Below are positions 50,414 through 64,000 of a DNA stretch of 64,000 nt, piece by piece; positions within the stretch are counted from its first letter, which is position 1; each line of letters begins with the position of its first letter. The position numbers and the translations under genes were made by a program. This DNA comes from Candidatus Binatia bacterium. GTDB lineage: Bacteria > Desulfobacterota > Binatia > HRBIN30. The DNA is taken from contig JBBRSP010000008.1 in assembly GCA_038245295.1 (NCBI GenBank), positions 160,001 to 224,000 on the forward strand, read 5' to 3'. A model generated the notes under the pieces. That model was not told the DNA's origin and searched no databases. It worked only from the letters and a program-made list of their open reading frames with translations.

Positions 50414-52491
50414 TCAACTACTCCGATCAGAATATCCACTGGCTGCTCACCAACTCCGAAGATCGCCCGCAAGACCTTGTTGGCGTCCGTCCCGATTACC
50501 GACACGCTGTTGGTAAACGAGTTGGTGACGTACACAAATTGCCCATCGGGGGACAGGGCGATGCCGATCGGTACCGAGCCGACGGGGATGGTCGTGGTGA
50601 CCGCAAGGGACACAGTGTCGATGACCGACACCGTGTTACTGGCCCGGTTCGTGACATAGAGCACCGAGCCATCTTGTGTCGTGACCGCATTCTGCGGGCG
50701 CTGATCAACCGGCACGGCCCCGACGACCCGATTGGTGCCGAGGTCGACCACCGATACGTTGTCCGAGCCCGCATTGGGGACGTAGGCTCGTCGGCCGTCC
50801 GGGCTGATGGCAACGCTTTGCGGTCGATTCCCGACGGGAATCGACTCGAGCACGCTGAGTGTCGCCAGGTCGACCACCGAAACCGTGTCGGAGAATTGAT
50901 TGGCGACATAGGCGCGCGACCCATCCGAGGACACGGCAACACCGACAGGCATCTCGCCGACGGCAATCGAGTCCGTGACAGTCAGACTGCTGAGGTCGAC
51001 GACGGAGACGGAGTGGCTCAATGTGTTGGTCACCAGCAGGCGCGTACCGTCCGGTGTGACACGCAGACCGGCGGGGCGCGAGCCAACCGCAATGCGGCCG
51101 GTGACCCGGTTGGAAACCAGATCGATTACCGAGACGGAATCGGAGACCTGGTTGCTCACGTATAGGAATCGATTGTTGGGAGCGAGCGCCAGGCCGACCG
51201 GTTGGTGTTCGACGCGGATGGATCCCATCTTCTGGTTGGTGATGGTGTCGATGATCGCCACGGTGTCTTCATTGAAGTTCGCGACGTAGGCGAGGCTGCG
51301 CGGCGCCAGCGTCGGGGTGCGTGTCGCCGTGGATGTCGCGGTCCCAGTCGGGGTAGCGGTTGGCGTGGCGGTGATGGTCGCGGTTGAGGTCGGGGTTTGT
51401 GTTGGCGTGCTCGTCGCCGTCGGTGTCGGCGTCGAGGAGGGCGTCGACGTTGGTGTCGACGTCGGTGTCGCCGTTGGGATGTTGGTCCATGTCGACGTCG
51501 GCGTCGACGTTGCGGTTGGCGTGTGGGTGGATGTGGGTGTGGCTGTTCGCGTGCTCGTTGATGTGGGAGTAAACGTCGGTGTGCTCGTCACCGTTGGAGT
51601 CACGGTTACGGTTGGTGTCGCGGTGGCCGGCGGTGGCACGACCTGGAACGAGTAAGTCAGGTTGGTGTCGCGCACAGGGCTCGATGCCGTGCTGCCGGTG
51701 ATTTGCAGGCTCGCGGTACCGAGTGGCAACATCGGCAAGGTCGCGCTGAGTTTGAAACCTTGTACGTGCAACTCCGCGTTCGGGCTGCAGTGGGTCGCCC
51801 CCGCGTCGCTACACGCGGTTAGCGTAACCGGCACCGGCTGAGGCACACCATTATGGAGGACCGCCAAACTGATCGACGCCTGGTCTATGCCGCGCACAGC
51901 GTCACCAATTACGGCACTGAACGCGATCGGATTGTAGGCGCTGGCGTTCAGCGCTGGCTGCTGGTCGAAAACGAATGGTGTCGACGGCACGATCACGTCC
52001 CCGGCGCCGACTTGTGTTCCTCCCACAATCGAGACCGTTGCCGGCTCGCTTTCAAAGCTCGGGACTGCCGGGCGGGCCGTGTCGCACGCCATACCGACGC
52101 CCGGCGGGCTCGTGTTGCAGACGCTCGTAATGCCCGCAGGGGCCGGCGCGAAGTCGGTCGCGAAGCCGGCGATGGTGAAGCTGCCTGGTCCGTTCGGCAG
52201 GCCGCTGAGGATCAGCTTCTGTTGTCCGCCTGCCGACGGGATGGATTCGGGTCTCACGGCCAAGCAACAAGCCTCACCGTCGCCCGGAACATAAACCACT
52301 CGCAGCGTTTGTACGGCGTTTGGAAGTTCCTCCCCGTTGGTACCTCCGGGTTGCTCCCACATTACGGAAGCTGACAGCGCGCCGCCGTTGCCGCCGCTGC
52401 TGGCGCCGCCGCTGCTGCCGCTGCTGGTGCATCCTCCCGCCAGGATGGAGATGCCAAGGACCGCAATCCAAAGCCTGTCGAATCGAGACAT
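50410..52491 (-). CDS. Lipoprotein with Pro/Thr linker and YVTN/YncE beta-propeller
   Basis: Lipobox-like LAGGC plus Ser/Gly tether, long (PT)n stretch, and about 7 repeats of P.G.A.SPDG..LYV.N..S.TVSVID. Confidence 0.88.
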   Translation of the reverse strand: MSRFDRLWIAVLGISILAGGCTSSGSSGGASSGGNGGALSASVMWEQPGGTNGEELPNAVQTLRVVYVPGDGEACCLAVRPESIPSAGGQQKLILSGLPNGPGSFTIAGFATDFAPAPAGITSVCNTSPPGVGMACDTARPAVPSFESEPATVSIVGGTQVGAGDVIVPSTPFVFDQQPALNASAYNPIAFSAVIGDAVRGIDQASISLAVLHNGVPQPVPVTLTACSDAGATHCSPNAELHVQGFKLSATLPMLPLGTASLQITGSTASSPVRDTNLTYSFQVVPPPATATPTVTVTPTVTSTPTFTPTSTSTRTATPTSTHTPTATSTPTSTWTNIPTATPTSTPTSTPSSTPTPTATSTPTQTPTSTATITATPTATPTGTATSTATRTPTLAPRSLAYVANFNEDTVAIIDTITNQKMGSIRVEHQPVGLALAPNNRFLYVSNQVSDSVSVIDLVSNRVTGRIAVGSRPAGLRVTPDGTRLLVTNTLSHSVSVVDLSSLTVTDSIAVGEMPVGVAVSSDGSRAYVANQFSDTVSVVDLATLSVLESIPVGNRPQSVAISPDGRRAYVPNAGSDNVSVVDLGTNRVVGAVPVDQRPQNAVTTQDGSVLYVTNRASNTVSVIDTVSLAVTTTIPVGSVPIGIALSPDGQFVYVTNSFTNSVSVIGTDANKVLRAIFGVGEQPVDILIGVVE
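51310..51640 (-). repeat. Coding Pro/Thr-rich low-complexity repeat
   Basis: Encodes [11 protein letters not shown]...TPTSTPT...; boundaries approximate. Confidence 0.85.
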
Positions 52492-52804
52492 TCGGGATCT
52501 GTGCAAGGGTGTCGCGATCACTGCGTATGAATTCACTGCGCCCGCCTTCCACCGCGGCTAAAAACCGCCGCAAATCGTGCCGCAATTAGTGCATGCGTCG
52601 CGTGAAGTAAAGGCGAGAGTATCGCCATAGAAGCCGCCGATTGTTGCAGTCGACGCGGCCACCGCTCTCCACGTGTTTATTGTCTCGTGCCGAGAGTTCG
52701 CGCGTGGTAGGCAGCAAATGAGCGTCTCTTCTCCAGTCGTTAGTCGAATTGAGCCCGACCCGTATTGCGCTGCGTCATGCGCTCGATAGGATCCACCAAC
52801 TCGA

Positions 52805-53467
52805 ATGGCACAGACGTTTCATCGAAGTACGAACACCCTGGCGCGCTTGAGTATCTTTGGCGCGCTGTTCGTGGTCGCACTCCTCGGCTGGGCGCTCAAT
52901 GCGCTCAACCGCTCGGGGTACGTGACCCAGGCCGGAGTGGCGCGTGCGCAGCCGATTCCCTTCAGTCACCGGCACCATGCCGGTGAGCTGGGTATCGACT
53001 GCCGCTATTGCCATTCCTCGGTCGAGAACACGGCGATCGCCGGAGTTCCACCGACGAAAACGTGCATCAACTGTCATGCGCAGATCTGGGTCGACAGTCC
53101 GACACTGGAGCCGGTGCGTTCGAGTTTTCGCAGCGACAAGTCGATCAGCTGGACGAAAGTGCACGATCTCCCGGACTTCGTGTACTTCAACCACAGCATC
53201 CACGTGAACAAGGGTGTGGGCTGCGTGTCGTGCCACGGGCGGATCGATCGGATGAATTTGACCTGGCAGGAGAACTCCCTGCAGATGGAGTGGTGTCTGA
53301 ATTGCCATCGTCACCCAGAAGAGTTCGTGCGTCCCAAGGATCAGGTCTTCAATATGAGCTGGTCGCCGAACGAGAACGAGCCCCAGGCGCAGCTCGGTGC
53401 GCGATTGGTCGGCGAGTACAAAATCCAAAAGCAGCAGTTGACGAACTGCTCGATCTGTCACCGGTGA
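52805..53467 (+). CDS. actA: Alternative complex III pentaheme cytochrome c subunit
   Basis: MAQTFHRS.N, QPIPFSH.HH, five CxxCH motifs and LPDFVYFNHSIH. Confidence 0.95.
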   Translation: MAQTFHRSTNTLARLSIFGALFVVALLGWALNALNRSGYVTQAGVARAQPIPFSHRHHAGELGIDCRYCHSSVENTAIAGVPPTKTCINCHAQIWVDSPTLEPVRSSFRSDKSISWTKVHDLPDFVYFNHSIHVNKGVGCVSCHGRIDRMNLTWQENSLQMEWCLNCHRHPEEFVRPKDQVFNMSWSPNENEPQAQLGARLVGEYKIQKQQLTNCSICHR

Positions 53468-53474
53468 TTTTCCA

Positions 53475-56452
<2,978 letters not shown>

Positions 56453-56456
<4 letters not shown>

Positions 56457-57823
56457 GCGCGCCGGTCCAAAACCCGCAACACGGACCAATCATCGGTCCG
56501 GGACATACGTTTCGTTCGGTAACCGACAAGATCAGTGCCGTCGTTTTGTCGCGGCAGCCGGTTGCCTGGTTCATCGGCTTCGGCATCTCGTTCCTGCTGG
56601 CCAACCTGTTGCTCGTGTCGATTGCCAACCTGCTTTTCCGTGGGATCGGCATTTGGGGCGTCAACATTCCGGTTGGCTGGGGCTTCGACATCATCAACTT
56701 TGTTTGGTGGATCGGCATCGGCCACGCCGGAACCTTGATCTCCGCCATCTTGCTTTTGTTTCGTCAGGAGTGGCGTACGTCGATCAACCGCTTCGCCGAA
56801 GCGATGACGTTGTTTGCCGTCGCCTGCGCCGGGTTGTACCCGGTCCTCCACCTAGGCCGCCCCTGGCTGGCGTACTGGCTGTTCCCGATTCCCAACACGA
56901 TGGGCATCTGGCCGAACTTCCGCAGTCCGCTGATGTGGGACGTATTCGCAGTCTCGACGTATGCAACGGTGTCCATGCTGTTCTGGTTTGTCGGGTTGAT
57001 TCCTGACCTGGCGACCTTGCGGGACCGTTCACAGAGTCGGGTCGGCAAAGTCATTTACGGCACGCTCGCCATGGGTTGGCGGGGCGCGGCGAAGCACTGG
57101 CACCGCTACGAGACGGCATACCTGCTGCTCGCCGGCCTCTCGACCCCGCTCGTGGTGTCGGTGCACACGATCGTTAGCTTCGACTTCGCGGTGGGTGTCA
57201 TCCCTGGTTGGCACGCGACAATCTTCCCGCCGTACTTCGTCGCCGGTGCCGTGTTCGCCGGATTTGCCATGGTGCTCACGCTGTCGATCCCGTTGCGCAA
57301 ACTTTATGGTCTCGAGGATTTTATCACCCAGCGTCACCTCAACAACATGGCGCGCGTGATGTTGGCCACCGGGATGGTCGTTGCATACGGCTATCTGATG
57401 GAAATCTTCATGGCCTGGTACAGCGGCAATACCTTTGAGAGCTTCATGGTGTTGAACCGATTCTTTGGACCATATTGGCCACTGTATTGGCTCCTCATCG
57501 TTTGCAACATCGGGGCGCCGCAATTCCTATGGTTTAAGCGCGTGCGCGCCAATCCGCTGGCGCTGTTCGTTGTGGCCATGTTCGTCAACGTTGGCATGTG
57601 GCTCGAGCGCTTCGTGATCATCGTGGTCAGTTTGTCGCGTGACTTCCTGCCGTCGTCGTGGGGCATCTACCACGGTACATTTTGGGACTGGAGTACCTTC
57701 ATTGGCACGATGGGGTTGTTCATGAGTTTGCTGTTCCTGTTCATCCGCTTCTTGCCGATGATCTCGATCTTCGAGATGCGCACCCTGGTTCCCGAGGCTG
57801 AGGTGAAGGAGGATCTGGTATGA
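56453..57823 (+). CDS. actC: Alternative complex III subunit C (NrfD family)
   Basis: [42 protein letters not shown] and GMWLERF. Confidence 0.96.
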
Positions 57824-58362
57824 GTCGCCAGCCTCGTATCTATGGCCTGCTCGCCGAGTTTGCCGAGCCCAATGAACTGATTGCCGCCATCAAGCGCACG
57901 CGTGAGGCCGGCTTCACGGTGCTTGAGGCCTATACGCCGATGCCCATCGAGGAAGTCTTTGAAGCGCTCGACTTTCACCACAATCGACTCCCCTTACTGG
58001 TGCTCATTGGCGGCATCGTCGGGGCCTGTGGAGGCTTGGGCCTTCAGTACTATACGTCGGTGATCGACTATCCGCTGAACATTGGCGGTCGGCCCTTCTT
58101 CAGTTGGCCGTCGTTTATCCCGATCACGTTCGAGTCGACGATTCTCGTCGCCGCGCTGGCCGCGGTGATGGGCATGCTTGCCCTCAATGGTTTGCCCATG
58201 CCGCATCATCCGCTGTTCAGTGTGCCGCGCTTCGCACGGGCGAGCCGCGACGGTTTCTTCCTGTGCATCGAGGCGACCGATCCCAAATTCGATCGTGACG
58301 ATACGCGCCGCTTTTTGGAACGACTGGTGCCGCGCACGGTGAGCGAGGTCGAGGACGAATGA
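57820..58362 (+). CDS. actD: Alternative complex III subunit D (DUF3341)
   Basis: [28 protein letters not shown] and F.RAS.DGFFL.IE. Confidence 0.93.
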   Translation: MSRQPRIYGLLAEFAEPNELIAAIKRTREAGFTVLEAYTPMPIEEVFEALDFHHNRLPLLVLIGGIVGACGGLGLQYYTSVIDYPLNIGGRPFFSWPSFIPITFESTILVAALAAVMGMLALNGLPMPHHPLFSVPRFARASRDGFFLCIEATDPKFDRDDTRRFLERLVPRTVSEVEDE

Positions 58363-58979
58363 TGACCCGCATCTACGTGATCGTGGCGTTTGCCACCTGC
58401 GTCGGCCTGGTCGGCTGCCGGCAGGACATGCACGACCAGGCAAAGTACAAGCCCTTCAAAGCGAGCAAGTTCTTCGAGGACGGTCGTGGTTCACGACCGT
58501 TGCTTGCCGACACGGTCGCTCGCGGCCAATTGAACGACGACGAGTTGCTGTATACCGGCAAGGTGAATGGTGCGCTGGCGAGTGAGTTCCCCTTCGCCAT
58601 GACGAAAGAGATCCTGCACCGTGGCCAAGAGCGCTACAATATATTCTGTTCACCTTGTCACGACCGCGTCGGCAACGGTGAAGGGATGATTGTCCAGCGC
58701 GGCTATCGCCGCCCGCCGTCGCTGCACCTCGACCGCCTGCGCGACCAGCAGCCGGGATATTTCTTCGACGTCATGACGAATGGCTTCGGTGTGATGCCCA
58801 ACTATGCGCAGCAGATCCCCGTGGCGGATCGCTGGGCCATTGCCGGCTACGTCCGTGCTTTGCAACTCAGCCAACGCGCCATGCTCGCCGATGTTCCGGC
58901 GGCGGATCGTGGCCAGCTTGATGCACCCATCGCGGCCTCTTCGGCCCCTGCGGCAGCACACGGGGGGCACCATGAGTAA
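58359..58979 (+). CDS. actE: Alternative complex III monoheme lipoprotein subunit E
   Basis: Lipobox LVGC-RQDMHDQ, CSPCH, GVMP and DRWAI..YVRALQ. Confidence 0.93.
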   Translation: MMTRIYVIVAFATCVGLVGCRQDMHDQAKYKPFKASKFFEDGRGSRPLLADTVARGQLNDDELLYTGKVNGALASEFPFAMTKEILHRGQERYNIFCSPCHDRVGNGEGMIVQRGYRRPPSLHLDRLRDQQPGYFFDVMTNGFGVMPNYAQQIPVADRWAIAGYVRALQLSQRAMLADVPAADRGQLDAPIAASSAPAAAHGGHHE

Positions 58980-60156
58980 GCACCACTTCGACGCTCCCCT
59001 GTTGGAAGCCAATCATCGCCTGGTGCGACTCCAGGGCCCGGCGCTGACCGTTGGTCTGGCAGGGTTGGCTTTGTGCGGCATCGGCGCGGCGTTCGGCGCC
59101 GAACAGTTCTTTCGCTCGTACCTGGTCGCCTACTTGTTTTGGTTCGGCATCGCCATGGGCTGCATGGCAATTCTCATGATCTATCACATCACCGGTGGCG
59201 CCTGGGGGGCGGTAACACGACGGGCCCTCGAGGCGGCGACGCGGACCTTCCCGCTGCTCGCCGTGTTGTTTGTACCGATCGCCCTCGGTGTCGGCTCGCT
59301 CTACCAATGGGCGGATCCCCAAATCGTCGCCCACGACCCGTTGCTGCAGCACAAGGCGCCGTATCTGAACGTGCCGTTCTTCCTGGGGCGCGCCGTCTTC
59401 TATTTCATCGTGTGGAATCTCTTTGCGCGCGCCCTGAATTACTGGTCGCTCGAACAGGATCGGCGCGACGACGACAAAGCGATCGAGCGCCTGGAAGTTC
59501 TCGGTCGCTCCGGGTTGGTAGCGACGGGCCTCACGGTAACCTTCGCGTCCATCGACTGGGCCATGTCTCTCGAACCACATTGGCAGTCAACGATTTACGG
59601 TGTTCTCATCGTCGGCGGTCAGCTTCTGGCGGCAGTGGCGTTCATGATCACCATCTCCGCCGCTCTGATGCAGAACAACGGACCACTCGCGAAAGTAATC
59701 GGTAAGGATCAGTTTCACGATCTGGGTAAGTTGCTGCTCGCCTACACCGTACTGTGGGGCTATTTTTCGCTGTCCCAGTTCCTCATCATTTGGTCGGCCA
59801 ACCTTCCCGAAGAGATTCCATTCTACTTGAAGCGGTTGAACGGTGGGTGGCAGTATGTCGGCATCGCCCTTGTACTCTTCCACTTCGCCCTGCCGTTCAT
59901 CATCCTGCTGTCGCGCGACGTCAAGCGGGATGCCCGGATGCTGGCACTCGTGGCGATGTGGGTCTTGGTGATGCGGTTCATCGATCTCTATTGGTTGATC
60001 ACACCGGCCTTCCATCCCGCCGAGTTTTCGGTTCACTGGATGGACCTTGCCGCCGTCATCGGCGTCGGCGGGGTCTGGTTGTGGGCTTTTGTTGGTCAGT
60101 TGAAGGCCAGAGCGCTGATCGTTCTCAACGATCCCTCGCTACCGGAGACGCACTGA
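58972..60156 (+). CDS. actF: Alternative complex III subunit F
   Basis: GGAWG, YLN.PFF..R, DWAMSLEPHW.ST.YG, HDLGKL and SQFLIIW.ANLPEE. Confidence 0.93.
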   Translation: MSKHHFDAPLLEANHRLVRLQGPALTVGLAGLALCGIGAAFGAEQFFRSYLVAYLFWFGIAMGCMAILMIYHITGGAWGAVTRRALEAATRTFPLLAVLFVPIALGVGSLYQWADPQIVAHDPLLQHKAPYLNVPFFLGRAVFYFIVWNLFARALNYWSLEQDRRDDDKAIERLEVLGRSGLVATGLTVTFASIDWAMSLEPHWQSTIYGVLIVGGQLLAAVAFMITISAALMQNNGPLAKVIGKDQFHDLGKLLLAYTVLWGYFSLSQFLIIWSANLPEEIPFYLKRLNGGWQYVGIALVLFHFALPFIILLSRDVKRDARMLALVAMWVLVMRFIDLYWLITPAFHPAEFSVHWMDLAAVIGVGGVWLWAFVGQLKARALIVLNDPSLPETH

Positions 60157-60563
60157 TGTCAGCGCATTCGAAGCATACCGCGCCCACCGGAAGCCACGAA
60201 GAGAGCGACGTTTCGGCGCGCCCGGTGCTGTTCGGCGGTGCCGTTATCGTCGTTCTCTCGTTGGCCAGCTTCCTGATCGTCAAGGCCGTCTTCCATTCAT
60301 ATACGACGGGTGAAGTCGCCCTGAGCCCCGAGGCGAATCCGCTGAGCTCCAGCTATGGGCGCAGCACGCCGCCTGATCCGCGCTTGCAGACCGATCCACT
60401 CGGCGATCTCAAGCGGCTGCGTGACTCGGAAGACCTCACTCTCGGCCATTACGCATGGGTCGACAAATCCGCTGGTACCGTGCGGTTGCCGATCAACCGT
60501 GCCATCGATCTGATCGCCGCGCGCGGCTTGCCGTCTCGTCGCGGCACCGAGGGGGCTCGATGA
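60156..60563 (+). CDS. actG: ActG-like single-TM subunit
   Basis: HE.SD, one TM helix, PP.PRLQ..P, L..Y.WVD...G.VR.PI.RA; lies between actF and SCO. Confidence 0.75.
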   Translation: MSAHSKHTAPTGSHEESDVSARPVLFGGAVIVVLSLASFLIVKAVFHSYTTGEVALSPEANPLSSSYGRSTPPDPRLQTDPLGDLKRLRDSEDLTLGHYAWVDKSAGTVRLPINRAIDLIAARGLPSRRGTEGAR

Positions 60564-61414
60564 GCCGTCGTTTTTCGACTGCTGCCGTGCTGGCGTGCGC
60601 CGCCCTGCTTGTCGGCAAAGCGCAGGCACAGTCACAGGGGATGGTGCCGGAAACGTCGCGTCCGCCGATTCTCCGCAATGTCGGTATTGATCAGCGGCTG
60701 AACGAGTCTGTGCCGCTCGATCTGCCGTTCCGAGACGAAGCCGGCAAGAGCGTTCACCTCGGTGACTACTTCGGTCAGCGTCCCATCGTCTTGGCCCTCG
60801 CGTACTACGAATGTCCAATGTTGTGCACGCTCGTGCTCAATGGCGTGGCGAGCGCGGTCAAAGGGCTTGGGTTGAAACCAGGCATCGACTTCGATGTGGT
60901 CGTTGTCAGCTTTGACGCGCGTGAGACGCCAGCCTTGGCGGCAGCCAAGAAGGCCAACCTCCTGAAGGAATATGGCCAACTCGATGCGGCCGCGGGTTGG
61001 CATTTTCTGACCGGCGACCAGGGGCCCATCGACCAACTGACCCACGCCACCGGGTTTCGCTACGTCTACGACGAAGTATCGAAGCAATTTGCGCACTCGG
61101 CGGCCATCATGGTGCTGACGCCCGCCGGCGTGCTGGCGCGGTATTACTACGGCGTCGAGTACGCGCCGCGCGACGTCCGGCTTGGGTTGGTCGAGGCGGC
61201 GAATGGCAAGATTGGCACGCCTGTCGATCAGTTCCTGCTCTTTTGTTTTCACTACGACCCGGCGACCGGGACCTACGGGACAATTGCGATGAACAGTGTC
61301 CGCCTCGGCGGAGTTTTGACGGTTGTCACTTTAGTCGGGTTCATCGTCACCATGTTGCGGCGGGAACGCCGCCAGGCGCGTCCGGCAGTGGCCGGCGCCG
61401 AAAGAGTAAGGTAG
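60560..61414 (+). CDS. SCO family copper chaperone
   Basis: YYECPMLC, WHFLTG and FAH; ATGA overlap with the upstream gene. Confidence 0.93.
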   Translation: MSRRFSTAAVLACAALLVGKAQAQSQGMVPETSRPPILRNVGIDQRLNESVPLDLPFRDEAGKSVHLGDYFGQRPIVLALAYYECPMLCTLVLNGVASAVKGLGLKPGIDFDVVVVSFDARETPALAAAKKANLLKEYGQLDAAAGWHFLTGDQGPIDQLTHATGFRYVYDEVSKQFAHSAAIMVLTPAGVLARYYYGVEYAPRDVRLGLVEAANGKIGTPVDQFLLFCFHYDPATGTYGTIAMNSVRLGGVLTVVTLVGFIVTMLRRERRQARPAVAGAERVR

Positions 61415-61421
61415 AGCGGCC

Positions 61422-62348
61422 ATGTTTTCGAGCCTGCCACTTTTCCCCGAACAAGCCTCGACGATGGCCGGGCGCGTTGACGCGCTCTTCTTTTTCCTCG
61501 TCGGTGTGAGTTCTCTGTTTTCCGTTTTGATCGCCGTCCTGCTCGTCACGTTTGCGATGCGCTACCGGCGCAAGCACAGCGACGACGTTGGTGAGGCGGT
61601 CCATGGCTCGCTGGTCCTCGAGATCGGCTGGAGTATTATCCCCTTCGCCCTGGCGATGATCATGTTCGCGTGGGGTGCCAAGATCTACGTGGCGATGGCG
61701 AGTCCTCCGGCGGATGCGCTGCAAGTCAACGTAGTCGGCAGGCAGTGGATGTGGAAACTCCAGCACATGGAGGGCCGGCGCGAAATAAACGAACTGCACG
61801 TTCCTCGCGGCCGACCCGTAAAGCTTAATCTGACGTCGGAAGATGTGATTCACAGCTTCTACGTGCCGGCGTTCCGCGTCAAAGCCGATGCCATCCCGGG
61901 GCGTTACACGAGCCTCTGGTTCGAAGCCACGAAGCCTGGCCGTTACCATTTGTTCTGCGCCGAGTACTGCGGCACGCAGCACTCTGGCATGATCGGTAGT
62001 GTCATTGTCATGGAACCGGACGACTACCAGGCATGGCTTGGCGGGAGTGCCCCGGGCGGATCAGTTGCTTCCACCGGGGCCCAATTGTTCACGCAGCTTG
62101 GTTGCGCCACCTGCCATCAGAAGGGCGACGGGCAACGCGGCCCGAGCCTCGTTGGCGTCTTTGGTAAGTCGGTCCAGTTGAAGACTGGCGAATCCGTTGT
62201 CGCCGACGAGGGTTACCTGCGCGAATCGATTCTAAATCCACAAGCCAAGGTGGTAGCCGGCTTCGAACCGGTGATGCCGACCTTCAAGGGCTTGGTGAGT
62301 GAGGAAGGTCTGATGCAGCTCATCACCTTCATCAAGGAACAGGGGTAG
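61422..62348 (+). CDS. ctaC: Cytochrome c oxidase subunit II with fused cytochrome c (caa3 type)
   Basis: DVIHSF, CuA motif [12 protein letters not shown] and C-terminal CATCH...MP. Confidence 0.96.
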   Translation: MFSSLPLFPEQASTMAGRVDALFFFLVGVSSLFSVLIAVLLVTFAMRYRRKHSDDVGEAVHGSLVLEIGWSIIPFALAMIMFAWGAKIYVAMASPPADALQVNVVGRQWMWKLQHMEGRREINELHVPRGRPVKLNLTSEDVIHSFYVPAFRVKADAIPGRYTSLWFEATKPGRYHLFCAEYCGTQHSGMIGSVIVMEPDDYQAWLGGSAPGGSVASTGAQLFTQLGCATCHQKGDGQRGPSLVGVFGKSVQLKTGESVVADEGYLRESILNPQAKVVAGFEPVMPTFKGLVSEEGLMQLITFIKEQG

Positions 62349-62355
62349 TTCGGCC

Positions 62356-63966
62356 ATGCAAGCTCAAGAGTCGCGGACAAACTACCTAAACGCCAACTAC
62401 GGCATTCGGTCGTGGCTGCTCACCGTGGATCACAAGCGCATCGGCTTGCTCTATCTTGGGTCGGTCACCTTTTTCTTCATTATCGGCGGCTTGTTCGCCG
62501 GCGCCATCCGTCTCGAGCTGCTCACGCCAGCGGGCGATCTGGTGGAGTCGGACACCTACAACAAACTATTCACGATGCACGGCATCATAATGGTGTTCTT
62601 CTTTCTGATTCCATCGATCCCCTCCGTGCTCGGAAACTTCTTGATTCCAATCATGATCGGGGCGCGCGATTTGGCATTCCCCCGACTGAATCTCCTGAGC
62701 TGGTACATCTATCTGGTGGGCTCGTCGTTTACGCTTTACGCCATGGTCACCGGCGGCGTCGATACAGGATGGACCTTCTACACGCCGTTCAGCACGTCGA
62801 TGTCGAACACTAACGTAATTCCCACCGCGTTGGGTATCTTCATCAACGGGTTCTCGTCGATCCTCACCGGGTTGAACTTCATCGTGACGATTCACCGGAT
62901 GCGAGCGCCTGGACTCACATGGTTCCGTCTGCCGCTGTTTGTGTGGGCGCACTACGCCACCAGCTTGATTATGGTTCTCGGCACTCCGGTGCTGGCGATC
63001 ACCATCATCATGGTCGGCTTGGAGCGTGGCTTCCATCTCGGCATCTTCGATCCTGCACTCGGCGGCGATCCGCTTCTTTTCCAGCACTTGTTCTGGTTCT
63101 ATTCCCACCCCGCTGTGTACATCATGATCCTGCCCTCGATGGGGGTGATCAGCGAAGTCATCACCTGCTTTTCGCGTAAGCGCATCTTCGGTTACGAGTT
63201 CGTCGCAATCTCCAGCTTGGCGATCGCCGCCCTCGGCTTCCTGGTGTGGGCACACCACATGTTCGTCACCGGCATGTCGGTTTATGCGGCAATGATTTTT
63301 TCGTTCCTGAGCTTCGCCGTCGCGATTCCATCGGCGGTCAAGGTGTTCAACTGGACCGCGACGTTGTTCAAAGGATCGGTGTCGTTTGAAGCTCCAATGA
63401 TTTACGCACTCGGCTTCATCGGCTTATTTACCATCGGCGGCCTGACGGGACTCTTCCTGTCGAGCCTCGGTGTCGACGTACACGTCACCGATACCTACTT
63501 CGTCGTGGCCCACTTCCACTACATTATGGTGGGCGGCGCAATCATGGGGTACATGGCGGGCCTGCATTTTTGGTGGCCGAAGATCAGCGGCCGTTTGTAC
63601 CCCGAGGTGTGGGCACGCATCGCCGCGGTCATCATCTTCCTCGGCTTCAATCTCACGTTCTTCCCGCAGTTTGTGCTCGGATACATGGGTATGCCACGCC
63701 GCTATCATGCGTATCCGGACGAGTTCCAGGTGCTCAACGTGATGTCGACCGCCGGCGCCTCGATTCTCGGCGTCGGGTATCTGTTGCCGTTGATCTATTT
63801 CGCCTGGTCGATGCGGTACGGGCCGATCGCTAGCTCCAATCCGTGGCGGGCCGCTGGCCTGGAATGGCAGACTCCCTCGCCGCCGCCGACCGAAAACTTC
63901 GAAGTAACTCCAATCGTCACTCAGGAAGCATATACGTATCCGGTGCAGGAGGTGACCGTTGGCTAA
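62356..63966 (+). CDS. ctaD: Cytochrome c oxidase subunit I (A2 type)
   Basis: [33 protein letters not shown] and MPRR. Confidence 0.97.
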   Translation: MQAQESRTNYLNANYGIRSWLLTVDHKRIGLLYLGSVTFFFIIGGLFAGAIRLELLTPAGDLVESDTYNKLFTMHGIIMVFFFLIPSIPSVLGNFLIPIMIGARDLAFPRLNLLSWYIYLVGSSFTLYAMVTGGVDTGWTFYTPFSTSMSNTNVIPTALGIFINGFSSILTGLNFIVTIHRMRAPGLTWFRLPLFVWAHYATSLIMVLGTPVLAITIIMVGLERGFHLGIFDPALGGDPLLFQHLFWFYSHPAVYIMILPSMGVISEVITCFSRKRIFGYEFVAISSLAIAALGFLVWAHHMFVTGMSVYAAMIFSFLSFAVAIPSAVKVFNWTATLFKGSVSFEAPMIYALGFIGLFTIGGLTGLFLSSLGVDVHVTDTYFVVAHFHYIMVGGAIMGYMAGLHFWWPKISGRLYPEVWARIAAVIIFLGFNLTFFPQFVLGYMGMPRRYHAYPDEFQVLNVMSTAGASILGVGYLLPLIYFAWSMRYGPIASSNPWRAAGLEWQTPSPPPTENFEVTPIVTQEAYTYPVQEVTVG

Positions 63967-64000
63967 CGCGATCGCGACGGCGCATGAACACGCCCATCAG
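63959..64000 (+). CDS. Probable start of cytochrome c oxidase subunit III (truncated by the window end)
   Basis: GGAGG, then TTG GCT AAC... ([14 protein letters not shown]) overlapping the subunit I stop. Identity inferred from operon order only. Confidence 0.5.
   Translation, partial: MANAIATAHEHAHQ

Noticed and set aside
50420..51300. Approximately 126-bp periodic similarity
   Set aside because: Fully explained by the YVTN propeller blades of the encoded protein.

Overview
A GC-rich bacterial window dominated by respiratory genes. Gene style (Pro/Thr-linker surface proteins, dockerin-like tail, ACIII-caa3 operon) suggests a Deltaproteobacteria-like lineage such as Ca. Binatia; this is inference only. 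Bases 1 to about 14.3 kb form an accessory-looking block. It holds a divergent alternative complex III (ACIII)-like operon whose ActB keeps the N-terminal Fe-S motif, an NnrR-like Crp/Fnr regulator, and two identical TTTGCG-N4-CGCAA boxes. It also has OsmC, cupredoxin and DUF4142 genes, a two-component pair, a decayed GH15 gene and a stand-alone PAS protein. The block ends at a 5'-half tRNA-Ser(TGA) remnant cut exactly after the anticodon loop, which looks like an att site. The rest of the window includes lon, glgA, a cluster of 7TM inactive transglutaminase, RimK-like ligase, CPBP protease and GT39, an acyl-CoA dehydrogenase and plsB. Next is a split-cytochrome-b Rieske/b complex with an octaheme coiled-coil cytochrome c and two tiny membrane proteins, then ctaA/ctaB. 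A ZMP/ZTP riboswitch with its terminator leads an aminotransferase-serA-purA operon. A YVTN lipoprotein/TPR-barrel/FecR trio precedes a canonical actA-G, SCO, caa3 (A2-type) oxidase operon that runs off the right end. Several REP-like palindromes are present. I saw no CRISPR array, rRNA, intact tRNA, integrase or transposase. All calls are motif recognition by eye, with no database searches.
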